A stretch of DNA of 64,000 nucleotides from the human T2T-CHM13v2.0 reference genome, Homo sapiens. Each line of letters opens with the position of its first letter. The stretch's first letter is position 1. Of the stretch, positions 42,955 to 60,080 are shown piece by piece. The stretch lies in NCBI RefSeq assembly GCF_009914755.1, contig NC_060940.1; one strand, 5' to 3'. The notes under the pieces are model-generated. The model was not told where the DNA came from and did no database searches. It saw only the letters and a program-made list of their open reading frames with translations. The position numbers were made by a program, and so were the translations under genes.

Positions 42955-43170
42955 AAAATGTGTTTGAGCCTTGGCTCTGCTACATTCTAACCAAGGGACC
43001 TTGGGAATGTGTCTTAACATCTGCAAGTCTCAGTTTTTTCATCTGTGTAATAGGATTAGCAATACCCCATGCCTTAAAGCATTGCCATGAGGATTAAATG
43101 AATCAATGTGTTTAAGGTACTCAAAGCAGTGCCTGGCACATAGCAAGAGCCCATTAAGTATTTAACTTCT
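42955..43170 (+). mobile_element. MIR
   Basis: gaggattaaatgaat...cagtgcctggcacatagcaag. Confidence 0.8.
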
Positions 43171-43233
43171 ATTAAGTCTCATTTCTAGTGGTGGAGGTAG
43201 ATAGGTCAAAGGGACATGACATGTCAAGAGGTC

Positions 43234-43527
43234 TTTTTTTTTTTTTTTTTGAGATGGAGTCTCACTCTGTCACCCAGGCTGAAGTGCAGTGGTGCGATTA
43301 CAGCTCACTGCAACCTCTGCTTCCTGGGTTCAAGCGTCTCCTGCCTCAGCCTCCTGAATAGCTGGGATTACAGGCACCCGCCACCATTCCTGGCTAATTT
43401 TTGTATTTTTAGTAGAGATGGAGTTTCACCTTGTTGGCCAGGCTGATCTTGAACTCCTGATCTCAAGTGACTGTCCGCCTCGACCTCCCAAAGTGCTGGG
43501 ATTACAGGCGTGAACCACCATGCGTGA
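43234..43527 (-). mobile_element. AluS
   Basis: Full antisense dimer; tgtcaag on both flanks. Confidence 0.93.
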
Positions 43528-43546
43528 CTGTCAAGTTCTTCTTGAT

Positions 43547-43763
43547 CAGGGCTTCCCAACCTCAACACTATTGATGTGGCAGCGGGGGTGGTTTAGAAAA
43601 TTCTTGGTCATGGTTGGGGTTGTCTTGCACCTTGCAGGATGTTGAGCAGCACCCAGGGCCTCTATCCATTATCTTCCAGTAACAGCCTCTTCCTCTAGTT
43701 GTGACAAGCAGACTTTGCCAAACATTTCTGGGGAGCAACATCGCCATCACTTGAGAACCATTG
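43547..43763. mobile_element. MER20
   Basis: caacctcaacactattga...ttgcaggatgttgagcagc...ttgagaaccattg. Confidence 0.8.
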
Positions 43764-43799
43764 TTCTAGATAATAAGCTCCTTTGGGCTTTTTGGCTCA

Positions 43800-43945
43800 A
43801 TGTGTAGAATACGGCATCAGTACCACGTGAAGTTTCTTAGAGATGCAGAATCTCAGGCCCTGACCCGGACTCACTGATCTGAACCTGCATTTCACAAGAC
43901 CCCCTGGTGAGTCAGATGCGTATTAAAGTTTAAGGGGCTGGGCTT
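43800..43945. mobile_element. MER5A
   Basis: agatgcagaatctcaggccc...ctgcatttcacaagacccc...taaagtttaag. Confidence 0.78.
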
Positions 43946-45679
43946 TAGAGAATGGATAGTGTCATATCATTTAGGTTAGTCTCTAAATCTATAAAGTACA
44001 GCACAGAGCAGCACTGGGTTATTAGTTGAATGGATGAATAAATGAATTGTGGCAAAGATAGAGGTTCTTTGCTGAAGATTCTAGCAGTTAACCACATTTT
44101 TCAATGCTGTGCTCTGAGCTTGCTGGCTCATACCCAGGCCTGAGATCAGTGCTTTATCAAAAGTGGCTTCACCCAGGAATCTTCACTCATCCAGGTCCTC
44201 CTGGATTGGGGTGAATTGGGGTGGTGGGTTGTGAGGCAGAGAGAAATAGCTGTGGGCAGAGTTGTGAAGTCTGTGCAATGTATTCCAACAGACTCTTCTC
44301 CTTCCCTTTCTGCCTGGAGACCCTGATGGAGATGGCCTAGGGTGGAGATCTCACATTAGTGATTTTAGAATGCTTCCTACATCTTTATGGTAATGCTGAG
44401 GGGGCTAGAGCATATAAAATAAATTATACCCTCCTAATTTTTAAAAGCATTGCAATGAGTTATATGAGAATGCATTGGAGGAAGCTTCAGAATTTTTCTT
44501 GTTTTGCCTCTGAAAGTGCAGCAGAGGAAATCAGGTCAAGAGAAGGAGTTATTCGTCATAACAGGTGGGAGAAGGAATCAAAGAAGAGGGTAAGAACGTA
44601 TTTAGAAGGTTTGTAAATACTCTTTATGCAGGCTAGGGGCTGCGGACTTTTGGAATTTGTGCGCCAAGGCAATTCACACAAGTGAAATTGCAGAAATTCA
44701 ACTCTAATGCTTTGAGTAACAAGCATCATGTTTTAATAGGGCTTATGGTATGTGCTGGGCTAATTTCAAAAGGAAAGGTGCCCCCAATAAATATTCCTGA
44801 CGGCAGAGATAAGAAGTAATCTTCAGTGTGGATAGTTTCATCACTGGGGAAGGGGTGATGAGTTGCAGGCACACTGAGAGGGGTTTCTTGCTTGAACACA
44901 CATTTTTTTCTGATGGTGGCATGAGTGCTTGTGTGTATTACAGAGATGCAAGGAACATTTAAAGTCTGAGCAGACTCCGTGACAACTTCAAACAGAGGCT
45001 TGGCTGAAATCCCTCCTGGGCCCCAGTAGACATCTCAGCATGGATGAGATATTATCACTCCTGATGAAGATTGATTTTAAAGTAACTGGGTTCTCAAGGA
45101 TCCTAATTCTGGGAATCAATTAGATTAGTCAGCCTTGTAAAATGACCATGTGGAGTGTGTTTCAAGGTTACCGGGGAAATCTGAAGTCAGCAAAGTGACT
45201 GGCTCCCTGAGTGTGATGTGGTCTGTACTGTTGGTAGGTTTGATTTGGTTTATGGTGTGGCTTTCATATGGAGCTGGATTACCTTCTCCCAAAGAGAGGT
45301 GGGCAGGGGTGTTGGTCAGAATTCTAAGATGCAAGCAACAGAAAGTGACTGGGGGTGATTTAAGGAGAGCAGGAATTGTTGAGACAGTGATGAGAAGCCC
45401 ACACATTCGGAGGCTATGTTGCCAGGGTCAGTGTCCCCAAATCACACCACTGAGCCAAATCTGGGAGGATGTGGTTGCCATGGGGACTGGCCACATCTAC
45501 TGCTGCCACCTGCCAGTTGCTGCCGCTTTGTGCACTGGCTCTCAATTCACAGTCTGATTCACTGAGCCTAGTCAGGTGCCTAGGGTGTCATAGGTGCAAG
45601 GGTGGCTGGGAAAGGGGGAATTGGGCATTTTCAGCTTTAGTGGTGGGTGTTGGGATTTGTCATCTACCAAGTCATATAC

Positions 45680-46278
45680 TGTATTAGAGTTCTCCAGAGG
45701 GACAGAACTAACAGGATATATGTATACATGAAAGGGAGTTTATTAAGGAGAATTGACTCATACGATCAGAAAGTGAAGTCCCCCAATAGCTGTCTTCAAG
45801 CTGTGGAAGAAGGAAGCCAATAGTGGCTCAGTCCGAGTCCAGATGCCTCAAAAGCATGGAAGCCAACACTGCAGCCTTCAGTCTGTGGTGGAAGGTGCGA
45901 GAGACCCCAGCAAACCACTGGTGTAAATCTAAGAGTCAAAAGGTCATTGAAGAACCTGGAGTATCTGATGTGGAAGGGCTGAAAGCAACCAGCGCAGGAG
46001 AAAGATGAAAGCCACACGACTCAGCAAGCCAGTTTATCCCACCTTCTTCCACCTGCTTTTTTTAGCATGCTGGCATCCGATTAGATGGTGCCCACTCACA
46101 CTGAGGGTGGGTCTTCCTTTCCCAGTCCACTGACTCACGTGTTAACCTTCCCTGGGAACACCTTCACAGACACACCCAGAAACAATACTTCACGAGCTAT
46201 GTAGGCATCCTTAGATCTAAGAATCCTGAGTTATATCAGGCAATCCAATCAAGTTGACACCTAACATCAACTATCACA
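45680..46278 (-). mobile_element. MLT2A2-like ERVL LTR
   Basis: tgtatt...ttctccagagggacagaactaacagga...caatccaatcaagttgacac...ctatcaca; TSD tatac/catac. Confidence 0.88.
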
Positions 46279-46369
46279 CATACAGTAGGGAATTTATTAA
46301 ACACAAGAAAGATGCTACAGATATGGGTCGCCATATAAAATGACCAATTTTCAGAATAGAGGAATAGAC

Positions 46370-46510
46370 ATTCATCCATTCATTCAGAAAATATTTCCCA
46401 AAGGCTTACTGTGAGTCAGTTCTGCATGCCTGGGAAATCACAATGAATAAAACAGACAAAAATAACTATCCTCATGGGGCTTAGATCCTACTGGAGAGAG
46501 ATAAAAAATG
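46370..46510 (-). mobile_element. L2 3' end
   Basis: cattcatccattcattcagaaaatattt...aatgaataaaacagac...ctcatggggctta. Confidence 0.75.
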
Positions 46511-46515
46511 TTATA

Positions 46516-46680
46516 GAGGTGCATTGACCAATACAGTAGCTGATAAACACATGCAGCTACTTAGGTTTGAAAAAATTAACTAAAATTAACTAAAACTGAA
46601 CATCTAGTTCTTTAGTCACAGTAGCCACATTTCAAGTGCTCAGTAGCCACGTGTGGCTAGTGTTTACTGCAATGAACAGC
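46516..46680. mobile_element. MER3 (hAT-Charlie)
   Basis: tagccacatttcaagtgctcagtagccacgtgtggctagtg. Confidence 0.82.
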
Positions 46681-48786
<2,106 letters not shown>

Positions 48787-49373
48787 GGTATTAGTTTTCT
48801 ATTGCTGCTGTGTCAAACTACCACAAATATAGTGACTTACGCCAACAAAAAATTTATTATTTTATAGTTATGTAGGCCAGACATCTGGCATGGGTCTTAC
48901 TGGGTTGAAGTCAAGGTGTTGGCAGAACTTCCTTACTGGAGGCTGGAGGGGGGAATCTGTTTCCTTGCTTCTATGTGTTGTTGGTAGAAATCACTTCCTT
49001 GTGGCTGTGGGACTGAGGTGCCTCTTTTATTGCTGGCTGTAAATTGAAGGTTGTTTCCAGCCTGGAGTAGCCATTATAGTCCTTGGCTAGTAACCTCCTG
49101 CCTCCATCTTCAAAGCCAATGATGGCTGGTTGTATCCTTCTCATTTTTCATTTCTTTGACTTTTCTCAGACCCAGTTGGGAAAGGTGCTCTCTGCTTCTA
49201 AGACCTCATGTAATTAGATTGAGCTCACTTGGATAATCCAAGATAATCTCCTTCTCTCAAGCTGTATATCTTTAATCTGCAAAGGCTGTTTTGCCACATA
49301 AGGTAACATGTTCACAGATTCTGGAAATAAAGCATTGGGTATCTTTTTGGAGGGCATTATTCTCCCTCCCACA
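48787..49373 (-). mobile_element. MLT1E-like LTR (5' LTR of the adjacent internal segment)
   Basis: tattagttttctattgctgct...gtcaaggtgttggcag...ggataatccaagataatctcc...atctgcaaag...ccaca. Confidence 0.82.
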
Positions 49374-49754
49374 AGAGTTACACATTTTTCCCACACTCAC
49401 TAGGAGGTGTGACTCCCAGATAATAAGGTCAGCATAAGAACCACAGAGATACCGTGAATTTCTCCAGATCTTTGGTGACACACGAGCCTGGAGCCCCAGA
49501 GCAGTCATATCCTGTCCCCAAAGGCACAAAGTTGTGGTTGACTCGAGCAGGAACATTGAGGAGACATCGGTAACTAGAAGGTCTGTAATCTAGGGGGAGG
49601 GTGTGGAGATGTAGAGCCAAGAGGCCAAGACCCTGAAGTTGTCAGATCAATATGGATTCAAATGACACCTCTTACACTTGATATTGAAAAAGTCAATAAG
49701 CCCTTTGAGCCTTGGTTTTCTTAGCTTTTAAAATGGAGGTAATGAAAATAGCAT

Positions 49755-50346
49755 CCACCAAAAGAACAGAGAGAGGCTTTCTAAAAGAAAATATTTATTT
49801 GGGAATGTGGCATTGCCATGGGACTATGCATGCCATAATAAACTACTGTTCAGGGAGGTCAAAGAAGACTAAGGCTTTTAGATGAAAAATGAGGAGGATT
49901 ACATGTTTCAAGGATCAATAAACAAGGGTAACACTGGCTTGAGGTTGGACAGGCAGTTGTGTTTTTCGCAGAGTCTTCTGTGATAGTTTTTGTTATCAGG
50001 CATTTATATATCATAATGCTCTCTTCCTGGCCTTTTCTGGCTTTATTTCTTCTTTTTTTTTTTTTTGTTTTTTTAAGACAGAGTCTTACCCTTGTTGCCT
50101 AGGCTGGAGTGCAGTGGTGCGATCTCCGCTCACTGCAACCTTCGCCTTCCCGGATTCAAGTGATTGTCCTGCCTTAGACTCCCGAGTAGCTGGGACTACA
50201 GGCACGCAGCACCATGCCCAGCTAATTTTTTGTATTTTTAGTAGAGACAGAGTTTCACTGTGTTAGCCATGATGTTCTCGATCTCCTGACATCATGATCC
50301 GCCCACCTCAGCCAGTGGCTCCGTTTTGATTCTGACACCTTGCACA
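49755..50346 (-). mobile_element. MER67-like ERV1 LTR with a truncated Alu (50042-50313, -)
   Basis: Ends ccgttttgattctgacaccttgcaca; atatttatttgggaat...gtttttgttatcaggc. Confidence 0.65.
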
Positions 50347-50741
50347 ATTCTTACATCTAGGGTAACTGCTGGGAGAGGGTTCAGCAAAGCCAATCGTGTG
50401 AAACCCATAGCAGCACGGCTCCCACACACAAGGATGGCTTTAGGAGGGTCCTTGAAAAAGAGGTTGGGAGATGTATGTTGATTTTTGAAATGCTTCTGAG
50501 GACAGATAAGACCTGCCTTTCAGACTCTCTTGTGTCTTTCCGAGGGCACGTAATTCTTAGACACCTGGGCTTCCAGGTGCTTGGTTCAGGGAAAGTGCAG
50601 GAAGTGCTGGGAGAGAATGGGTCCAGGTCAGGTCCCAGGGAGCTACAAAGTGCATGTGAGGCTGGGGCTTCACAGGAATGCAGGAGAATCACCTTGTGTC
50701 CCTACTCATTTGTTTTTAAACCTTGTTCCAAGGGAGTGATG

Positions 50742-51078
50742 GGGCCAGCTATGATGGCTCACGCCTGTAATCCCAGCACTTTGGGAGGCTGAGGCGGGTG
50801 GATCACTTGAGGTCCGGAATTGGAGACCAGCCTGGCCAACATGACAAGACCCTGTCTCTACTGAAAATACAAAATTAGCCGGGTGTAGTGGAAAAATACA
50901 AAAAAAAACACTTGTAATCCCAGCTACTCGGGAGGCTGAGGCAGGAGAATTGAACCTGGGAGGTGGAGGTTATAGTGAGCCAAGATCGTACCACTGCACC
51001 CCAGCCTGGGCAATAGAGCAAGACTCTGTCTCAAAAAAAATCCCAAAAAACAAAACAAAATGACAACAACAACAAAAA
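50742..51078 (+). mobile_element. AluS
   Basis: TSD ccaagggagtgatggg; extra A-rich block at 50892-50908. Confidence 0.93.
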
Positions 51079-52002
51079 CCAAGGGAGTGATGGGAATAGT
51101 TAATTTGTAAATGTGAGAGATTGTAAGAATTTCTTCCCGTTTTTCATCTCCCTCCCCCACACCATTGTGTTCTCATGTTGGGCCATATGAAAGAAACTAA
51201 AATTCTGCTTAGATGCCTATTTTTTTAAGCATTATCATCTTGGAAAGTTGGATTTGAATTGGAAGAGTGACATGGAATCTTTAAAATGACTTTATTTTGG
51301 TCACAAGTGAAGTAGGAATTTAACATTTAAGAGGTAAACAAGTATTTTATGGATGTTTCAAGGAGGGTTTTGGCTTTGACAGGGTAAAATTATTTTTGAT
51401 TGGAAAAAGTACATTTTAGCATTTAACCAAGATTTTTGCATTCTTTTTCTTCTGTTCTGATTTCTGCCAATCTTCTGGGAGGGAAGACAATTATTTTTCT
51501 AAAGGTAAGAGACAGTTAAGAATGAAGATATTAAATAGCAAGGGTGCTGAACAGAAAAACAAAGGAAGCCGAAGCCTTTTGCAAAATCAAAAGGATCTGG
51601 GGTCTTAGACACCATGTGGCACTGCTGAAACATCATTTTGTTTATACCTTTGAGCATAGAATTCTCCAAGTTATTGGCTGTAGCTTGCAGGGTCTTAATA
51701 GGTATACTTTAAAGAAGAGAGGTAGAAGATTACATGTTCATATATGTTTGGAAAAAATTGGCATAGACAGATTATGTATACTATGAAATATGAAGAGTGG
51801 GATAAAGTAGCCAGTGTTTCACACTTACTTGACCACAGAATTTTCGTTTGTTGGTTGGTCTGATGTATGGCACACCAATTAACTCTTAGTGTTCCCAAAC
51901 TTAAGTTTGGGGAATATTACACATTTTTCTATGGTGAAATTTAGTCGAATTTGAAAGAGTTGGTTTAGTATAACCCCGGGAAATCCACAGTAACGGAGCT
52001 TT

Positions 52003-52645
<643 letters not shown>

Positions 52646-52700
52646 GAGTAGAGAATAAAGCCTCGAATTTTACTATATGTCTTGCTCTAATGCTTTGTAT

Positions 52701-53151
52701 TGTGAACGCTGAAAATCTGAGACAGGTCTCAGTTAATTTAGAGAGTTTATTTTGTCAAGGTTGAGGACACACGCCCATGACACAGCCTCAGGAGGTCTTC
52801 ATGACATGTGCCCAAGGTAGTCGGGGCACAGCCTGGGTTTCACTTATTTTAGGGAGACATGGGACATTAATGAATATAGGTAAGATGTACATTGATTCCT
52901 TCTGGAAAGGCAGGACAACTCAAGCAGGGAGGGGGCTTCCAGGTCACTGGTAGGTGAGAGACAAAGGGTTGCATTCTCTTGAGTTTCTGATTAGCCTTTC
53001 CAAAGGAGGTAATCAGATATGCGTTTATCTCAGCGAGCAGAGGGAAGAGTTTGAATAGAATGGGAGGCAGGTTGGCCCTGAGCAGTTCCCAGCATGAGTT
53101 TTCCCTTTAGCTTAGTGATTTGGGGGCCCTAAGATTTATTTTCCTTTCACA
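52701..53151 (-). mobile_element. MER4A1-like ERV1 solo LTR
   Basis: tgtgaac...gagacaggtctcagttaatttag...catgtgcccaagg...tttattttcctttcaca; 4-bp TSD gtat. Confidence 0.88.
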
Positions 53152-53315
53152 GTATCCTTACATCTTGCTCTAATTATTTATTTCATTTTTAAAACTATTT
53201 AAACAAGGAGTTGTATTTTAGCTAAAACAAAATCGTAATTGGAAGGATAGGATTGGTTATTCCTCTCTTAGTTGGCTGTTCTACGGAAAGCATTGCCGTT
53301 CAGATCAGGGGCCTC

Positions 53316-53424
53316 TTTAATTTTTTCAAATTTTATTTCAGTAGTTTTTTGGGAACAGGTGGTTTTTAGTTGCATGAATAATTTCTTTAGTGGTGATTTC
53401 TGAGATTTTGGTGCACCATCACCA
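53316..53424 (-). mobile_element. L1PB 3' tip
   Basis: tttgggaacaggtggttttt...tagtggtgatttctgagattttggtgcacc. Confidence 0.82.
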
Positions 53425-53647
53425 GGGGCCTGTTTAAAGGAACTGCTGTTCACTTGCGATCAAAATATATACTGATTTTCTTTAAACTGGCCAAAGAAAA
53501 CAGCCTCTTGAGGGTTGATCTTATTCTAGATTTATGAACATGATGGTAGCCGTCAGGTCCAGAGCATGGGATGTCTTTCAAGAGTAATCGACTCTGTATA
53601 GCTTAATTCCACCTCCCCTTCTATGCGCACTCAAGAATTGCTTATAG

Positions 53648-53984
<337 letters not shown>

Positions 53985-56359
53985 ATAGTTATTGATTTTA
54001 CTGAATACATCTACCTTGCATTTCAATCTAGTACAACAATGAAAGGATGGATTTTAAGTAAACAAAAAGACCACGCAACACTTCCATTGTTATTTAGAGA
54101 TGCATGGAGTTTTAGCAAGGAGAATGAAAACTGTCAGTTTGAAATACTAATTTCTTGAGTTTTCAAGTAAGAAGGCCAAAATTATGCTTGATTTCTTTGT
54201 AGGTTCTATGATTTGATACTTTACCATCCATACTCATTAATAAGGCAGAGTCCCCTAAGGTTCAATGTCCACTCAATGACCCGTTCCAGGGAACATAATT
54301 CAGCAGTTAGAAATTATTTTAAGAGCTGCTTATAAGGATTAGAAGGACCAGTACCTGGTGCTCAGTCATGGCTGAGAATAGTGCCAACTTCCACCAGCCA
54401 GAGTTGAAAAACCTCACAGTTTATAAGACATTGGGTAGAGTAATCAGAAGGCTCTTGCCTCAGGAGTGGGGAATAATTAATCATAGAGTAAGCATGGCTC
54501 TAGTCCCAGCTGACAAATCTTAAAAATAAGTCTTAAAGGGATCGAACTGTTTTCAAGTAACTTAACTGTATCCCAGAACAAAGGTCAAGGATATTTATTA
54601 GAATGCCATAATATCAAGCCCAAAGAAGTTGCAAAGAAGCATGAAAATACAACCTAAAATGAGTAGAAACATGTATCAGTTGGAATTAATAAAGAAGTAT
54701 CAAAAATGTTAGAATTAGCAGAGAGGGACATGTTTAAAAAATTAAACAGAAACATGGAAGACAAAAAAAGACCCAAATCAAAACTCTAGAGATAGAACTC
54801 TGTGATATTTGAGATTTAAATTCATGGGGTGAAATCAACGGCGGATTAGACATTGCCCATACACAAAAAAGATGAGTGAATATGATGACATAGCAACAGA
54901 AACTGTCCAAAATTAAACACATAGAGAACAATAATAATGAGAAAAAGAGAACAGCATTAGTAATCTCTGGAACAAGTTCAAGGAATTTAATATATGTGTA
55001 GATGAAGTCCCTAAAGGAATGAGAGAGATGGAGAGACAGAAAAAATATTTACAGATAGTGGCTTAAAATTTTTCCACATTTCATGAAAATCACAAACCCA
55101 GAGACCTAAGAAACTCAATGAACACACAGAAGAGACACGAAGAAAACTACTCTAGGCACATCATAATCAAGTGTTCAAGCTTAGTGATATAAAAACTTAA
55201 AAGCATCCAGAGGGAAAAACAAGACAGATTACTTACAGAGCCACAGAGATAAGGGTGACAGTGTATTTTTTGGTCAGAAATAATTCAAGTGTAAAGATAG
55301 GGAGTAAAACAACAAAACAAAAATAAAAACACTAATGTAAGTGCAAAAAGAAAGTCCAAACCTGAAATAACTGCAAGGAGAAATAGTCAAATCCAGAATT
55401 ATGATTGAACGTCAATACACTGCTTACAACAATTGATACAGAGAGTAGATAGAAAGTGTGCAAATGACCTGAACAATGTCACCAACCAGTTTGACCTAAC
55501 TGAAGCTTACAGAGCCCACCACCCAACAACAGGATACACATTCTTTCTGAGTGCACCCAGAGCATTTACCCAAATTTTATTTGGTAAAATAAATTATTTT
55601 CTGGGCCATTAAACCAGTCTCAATAATTTCAGAAGGATTCAGGTCCTGCAAAGTAAGTTCTTTGGTCCCAGTGGAATTAAACTGGAAATTGGCAACAGAA
55701 GGAACTCTGGGAAATTCTCAGGTTTTTTGAAACCAGCACATGTTAAGTAACTCATGCATGGAGAAAGGGGTTAAAGAGAAATTAGAAGCTATTTTGAATT
55801 GAATGAAAATGAAAACACAACATATCAAAATTTTGTGGGATACTGTTAGAAAGGGAAATGTATATAGCAGTCATTAGAGAAAAATAAAGTTCTCCAATTT
55901 CACTCTAAGAGACTAGAATGAAAAGAACAAAATCAACACAAAGTAAGCAGGGAAAAATAATAAAGATCAGAGAGAAATTAATGAAATGAAAAACAGAAAA
56001 ACAATAGAGAAAAATCAATAAAACCAACAGCTAGTTCTTTGGGAAGATCAATAAATTGAGAAGCAGCTAACCAGAATGATCAGGATAAAAAATGATATCA
56101 AATACTAAAGATATATCTTTGTATAGTACATACTTATATCTTAAATAAGGCATAACTGTATCTTAAAGATAATATGGGAATATTGTGAACAACTTTATGC
56201 TCATAAATTTGACAAAATGAATGAAATAGATAAATTCCTTGGAAGATATAAACTGCTAAAGCTAATTTAAGAACTAGGTAACCGTATTAACCCTATATCA
56301 AGTTTTAGAGATTGAATTTGTAGTTAAAAACTTTCCCACAAAGACAAATACAGATATAG

Positions 56360-56680
<321 letters not shown>

Positions 56681-59059
56681 TTAGTGTTAAATTCTAACAA
56701 ATATTTAGGAAAGAAATAATATCACTTCTATACAAACTATTCCAGGAAATTGAAGAGGAAAGATTATTTTAGGAGACAGGTATTGCCCTAATAGCAAAAC
56801 CTGACAGAGAAATTATAAGAAGAGGAAACTGAAGTCCAATATCTATCATGAATATAGATGCAAATAATTGTAAACAAAATTTTAGCAAAGCAAATACAGC
56901 AATATATAAAAAGGGTAATATATCATGGTCAAGGGTGGTTTATGCTAGGTTGGTTTAAAATTCAAATATAATCAATAGAATCCATCATATTAAGAAATAA
57001 AAAGTGAGAGACACATGATCATTTCAATGGATACAGAAAAACGTAAGAATTTAACATCTATTCTCAATTAAAAAAAAACCCCTCATCAAGTAGGAATGTA
57101 AGGAAATTACTTTGATAAAATATGTCTATGAAAAATCTCTTTCATACTTAATAGTGAAAGACTGAATGCTTTCTGCTTAAGATCGGGAACAAGAATGTCT
57201 GCTCTTATCACTTTTTTCACACTGTAGTGGAATAAGTCACTTTAATAAGGCAGGAGAAATGAATAAAACCCAGAAAGTAAAGGATAAAATAGATATGTCT
57301 TTATTTACAGATAGCAAGATCTATTGTAAAATCCAGTGAGATCTAAAAACTTTTTTTTTGCTGAAAAACTATGAATTTAGTGAGATTATAGAACAGTAAG
57401 ATAATTATACAAAAAGCCATTGTATTTCTATATAATAACAATAAAGAACTGAAAATTAAAGTAAAAAATACTATCTGTAATACTATCAAATGAAATAATA
57501 AGGAATACATAGGGATAAGTCTGACTAAATTTGTATGATTCATATACTGAAAATTACAATATGTTAATAAGACAAACTAATGAAGAACTAAATAAATGGA
57601 GAGATGATTACAAGTCAGAAAACACTGAATATTGTTAAGGTGTCAGTTCTCCCAAATTGATCTACAGAGTCAATGCAGTCCAAACCAGAATCTCATCTAG
57701 GCTTTTTTGCGGGGTGGAAATTCACAAGCTGATTTTGAAATTTATACAGACAATGAAAGACCAGTAATAACCAAAACAGCTTTGAAGACGAACAAAGTTA
57801 GAGGGCTAACATGATCTGATTTCAAGATTTATTACAAAGCTATTGTAATCAAGACAGTGTACTATTGACATCAAGGTAGATACTTGGGTCGATGTAACAG
57901 TAAAGAGAGTTCAGTGGAATAGAATCATCTTTTCAAGAAATGGTGTTGAAATAGTTGGACATCCATGTGCAAACAAATGAATTCCAATCTGTATCTGTGG
58001 CATATACAAAAATTAACTGAAAATGCATCATACATTCAGATATACAACCTAAATCTGTAAACCTTCTAAAGATACCATAGGAAAATCTGTGTGATGTTGG
58101 TTTAGGCAAAAATTTCTTAGATATGTTGCCAAAAACAAGACCTATTAAAAATGGATAAATTTTAAAATTGGCAAATTGAACTTCATCCAAATTAAAAACT
58201 CTACTTTGAAAAACAGTTAAGAGAGTGACCAGCAACATATTTGGAGAAAATGTCTGCAAACTATATATCTGATAAAGGACTTATGTGTAGAATGGGTAAA
58301 GAACTCTCAAAACTCGATAATAAGACAATACCCAATAAAACAATGATAAAATATTTGAACAGACATTTTACCAAATTAGATATACATGTTAAATAATCAC
58401 ATGAAAACATGTTCAACATCATTAATCATTAGGGAAATACAAGTTAAGACCACAATGAGATACCATTATACATCTTCTAGGATGACTGAAAGTAGAAAGA
58501 CTGACCACACCAAGTCTTGGCAAGGATGAAGAGAAGCTGGAACTCTCATACATTGCTTATGAGAATGTAAAATGGTATAACCACTTTGAAAAACAGTTTG
58601 ACAGTTTTCTAACTGGTTCAACATGCACCTGTCATGTCATCTAGCCATTTCATGTCTAGAGGTATTTATCCATGAGAAAAGGCAGCATGTCCTCAAACAA
58701 CACACATGTGCATGAACATTGATGGTGATTTTATTTATCAGAGCCAAAAACTAGAAACCACCCAAATGTCTATTATCAGGTGAATGTAGAAAACAATTTG
58801 TGGCACATGCATATAATGGAATAGTATGCAGCAGTAAAAAGGAATGAGCTATCTATACATGCAAGAACATGGGTAAGTCTCAAAATCTTTATGCTCAGTG
58901 AAAATGCCAGATAAAAAAGATTACATACTATATAAGCCTATTTATATGAATTCTAAAAAATGCAAATCTATAGTGACAGAAAGCAGATCATTTGTTGCCT
59001 GTTGACAAGGATGGGAAGTGGGAAAGGATGAGAGGGAGAGATTACAGAGAGGCACAAAT

Positions 59060-59798
<739 letters not shown>

Positions 59799-59809
59799 GG
59801 AGCACACAC

Positions 59810-60080
59810 AAAAATAGAATGAATAAGACCACCTATTTGGTAGCACAATATAGTGACCATAGTTGATAATAACTTAATTGTAGATTTAAGTATAACGTAA
59901 AAGTGTAATTGGATGGTTTGTAACTCAGAGGATAAATGCTTGAGGGGATGGATACCCCATTCTCCATGATGTGTTTATTTCACGTTGCATGCCTGTATCA
60001 AAACATCTCATCTACCCCATAAATATATACACCAACTATGTACCCAAATGATTAAAAATAAAAAAAAACTAAAAAAATTT
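59810..60080 (+). mobile_element. L1MA2-like 3' end
   Basis: gataaatgcttgaggggatggataccccatt...gcctgtatcaaaacatctca; TSD aaaaaggagcaca. Confidence 0.88.
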
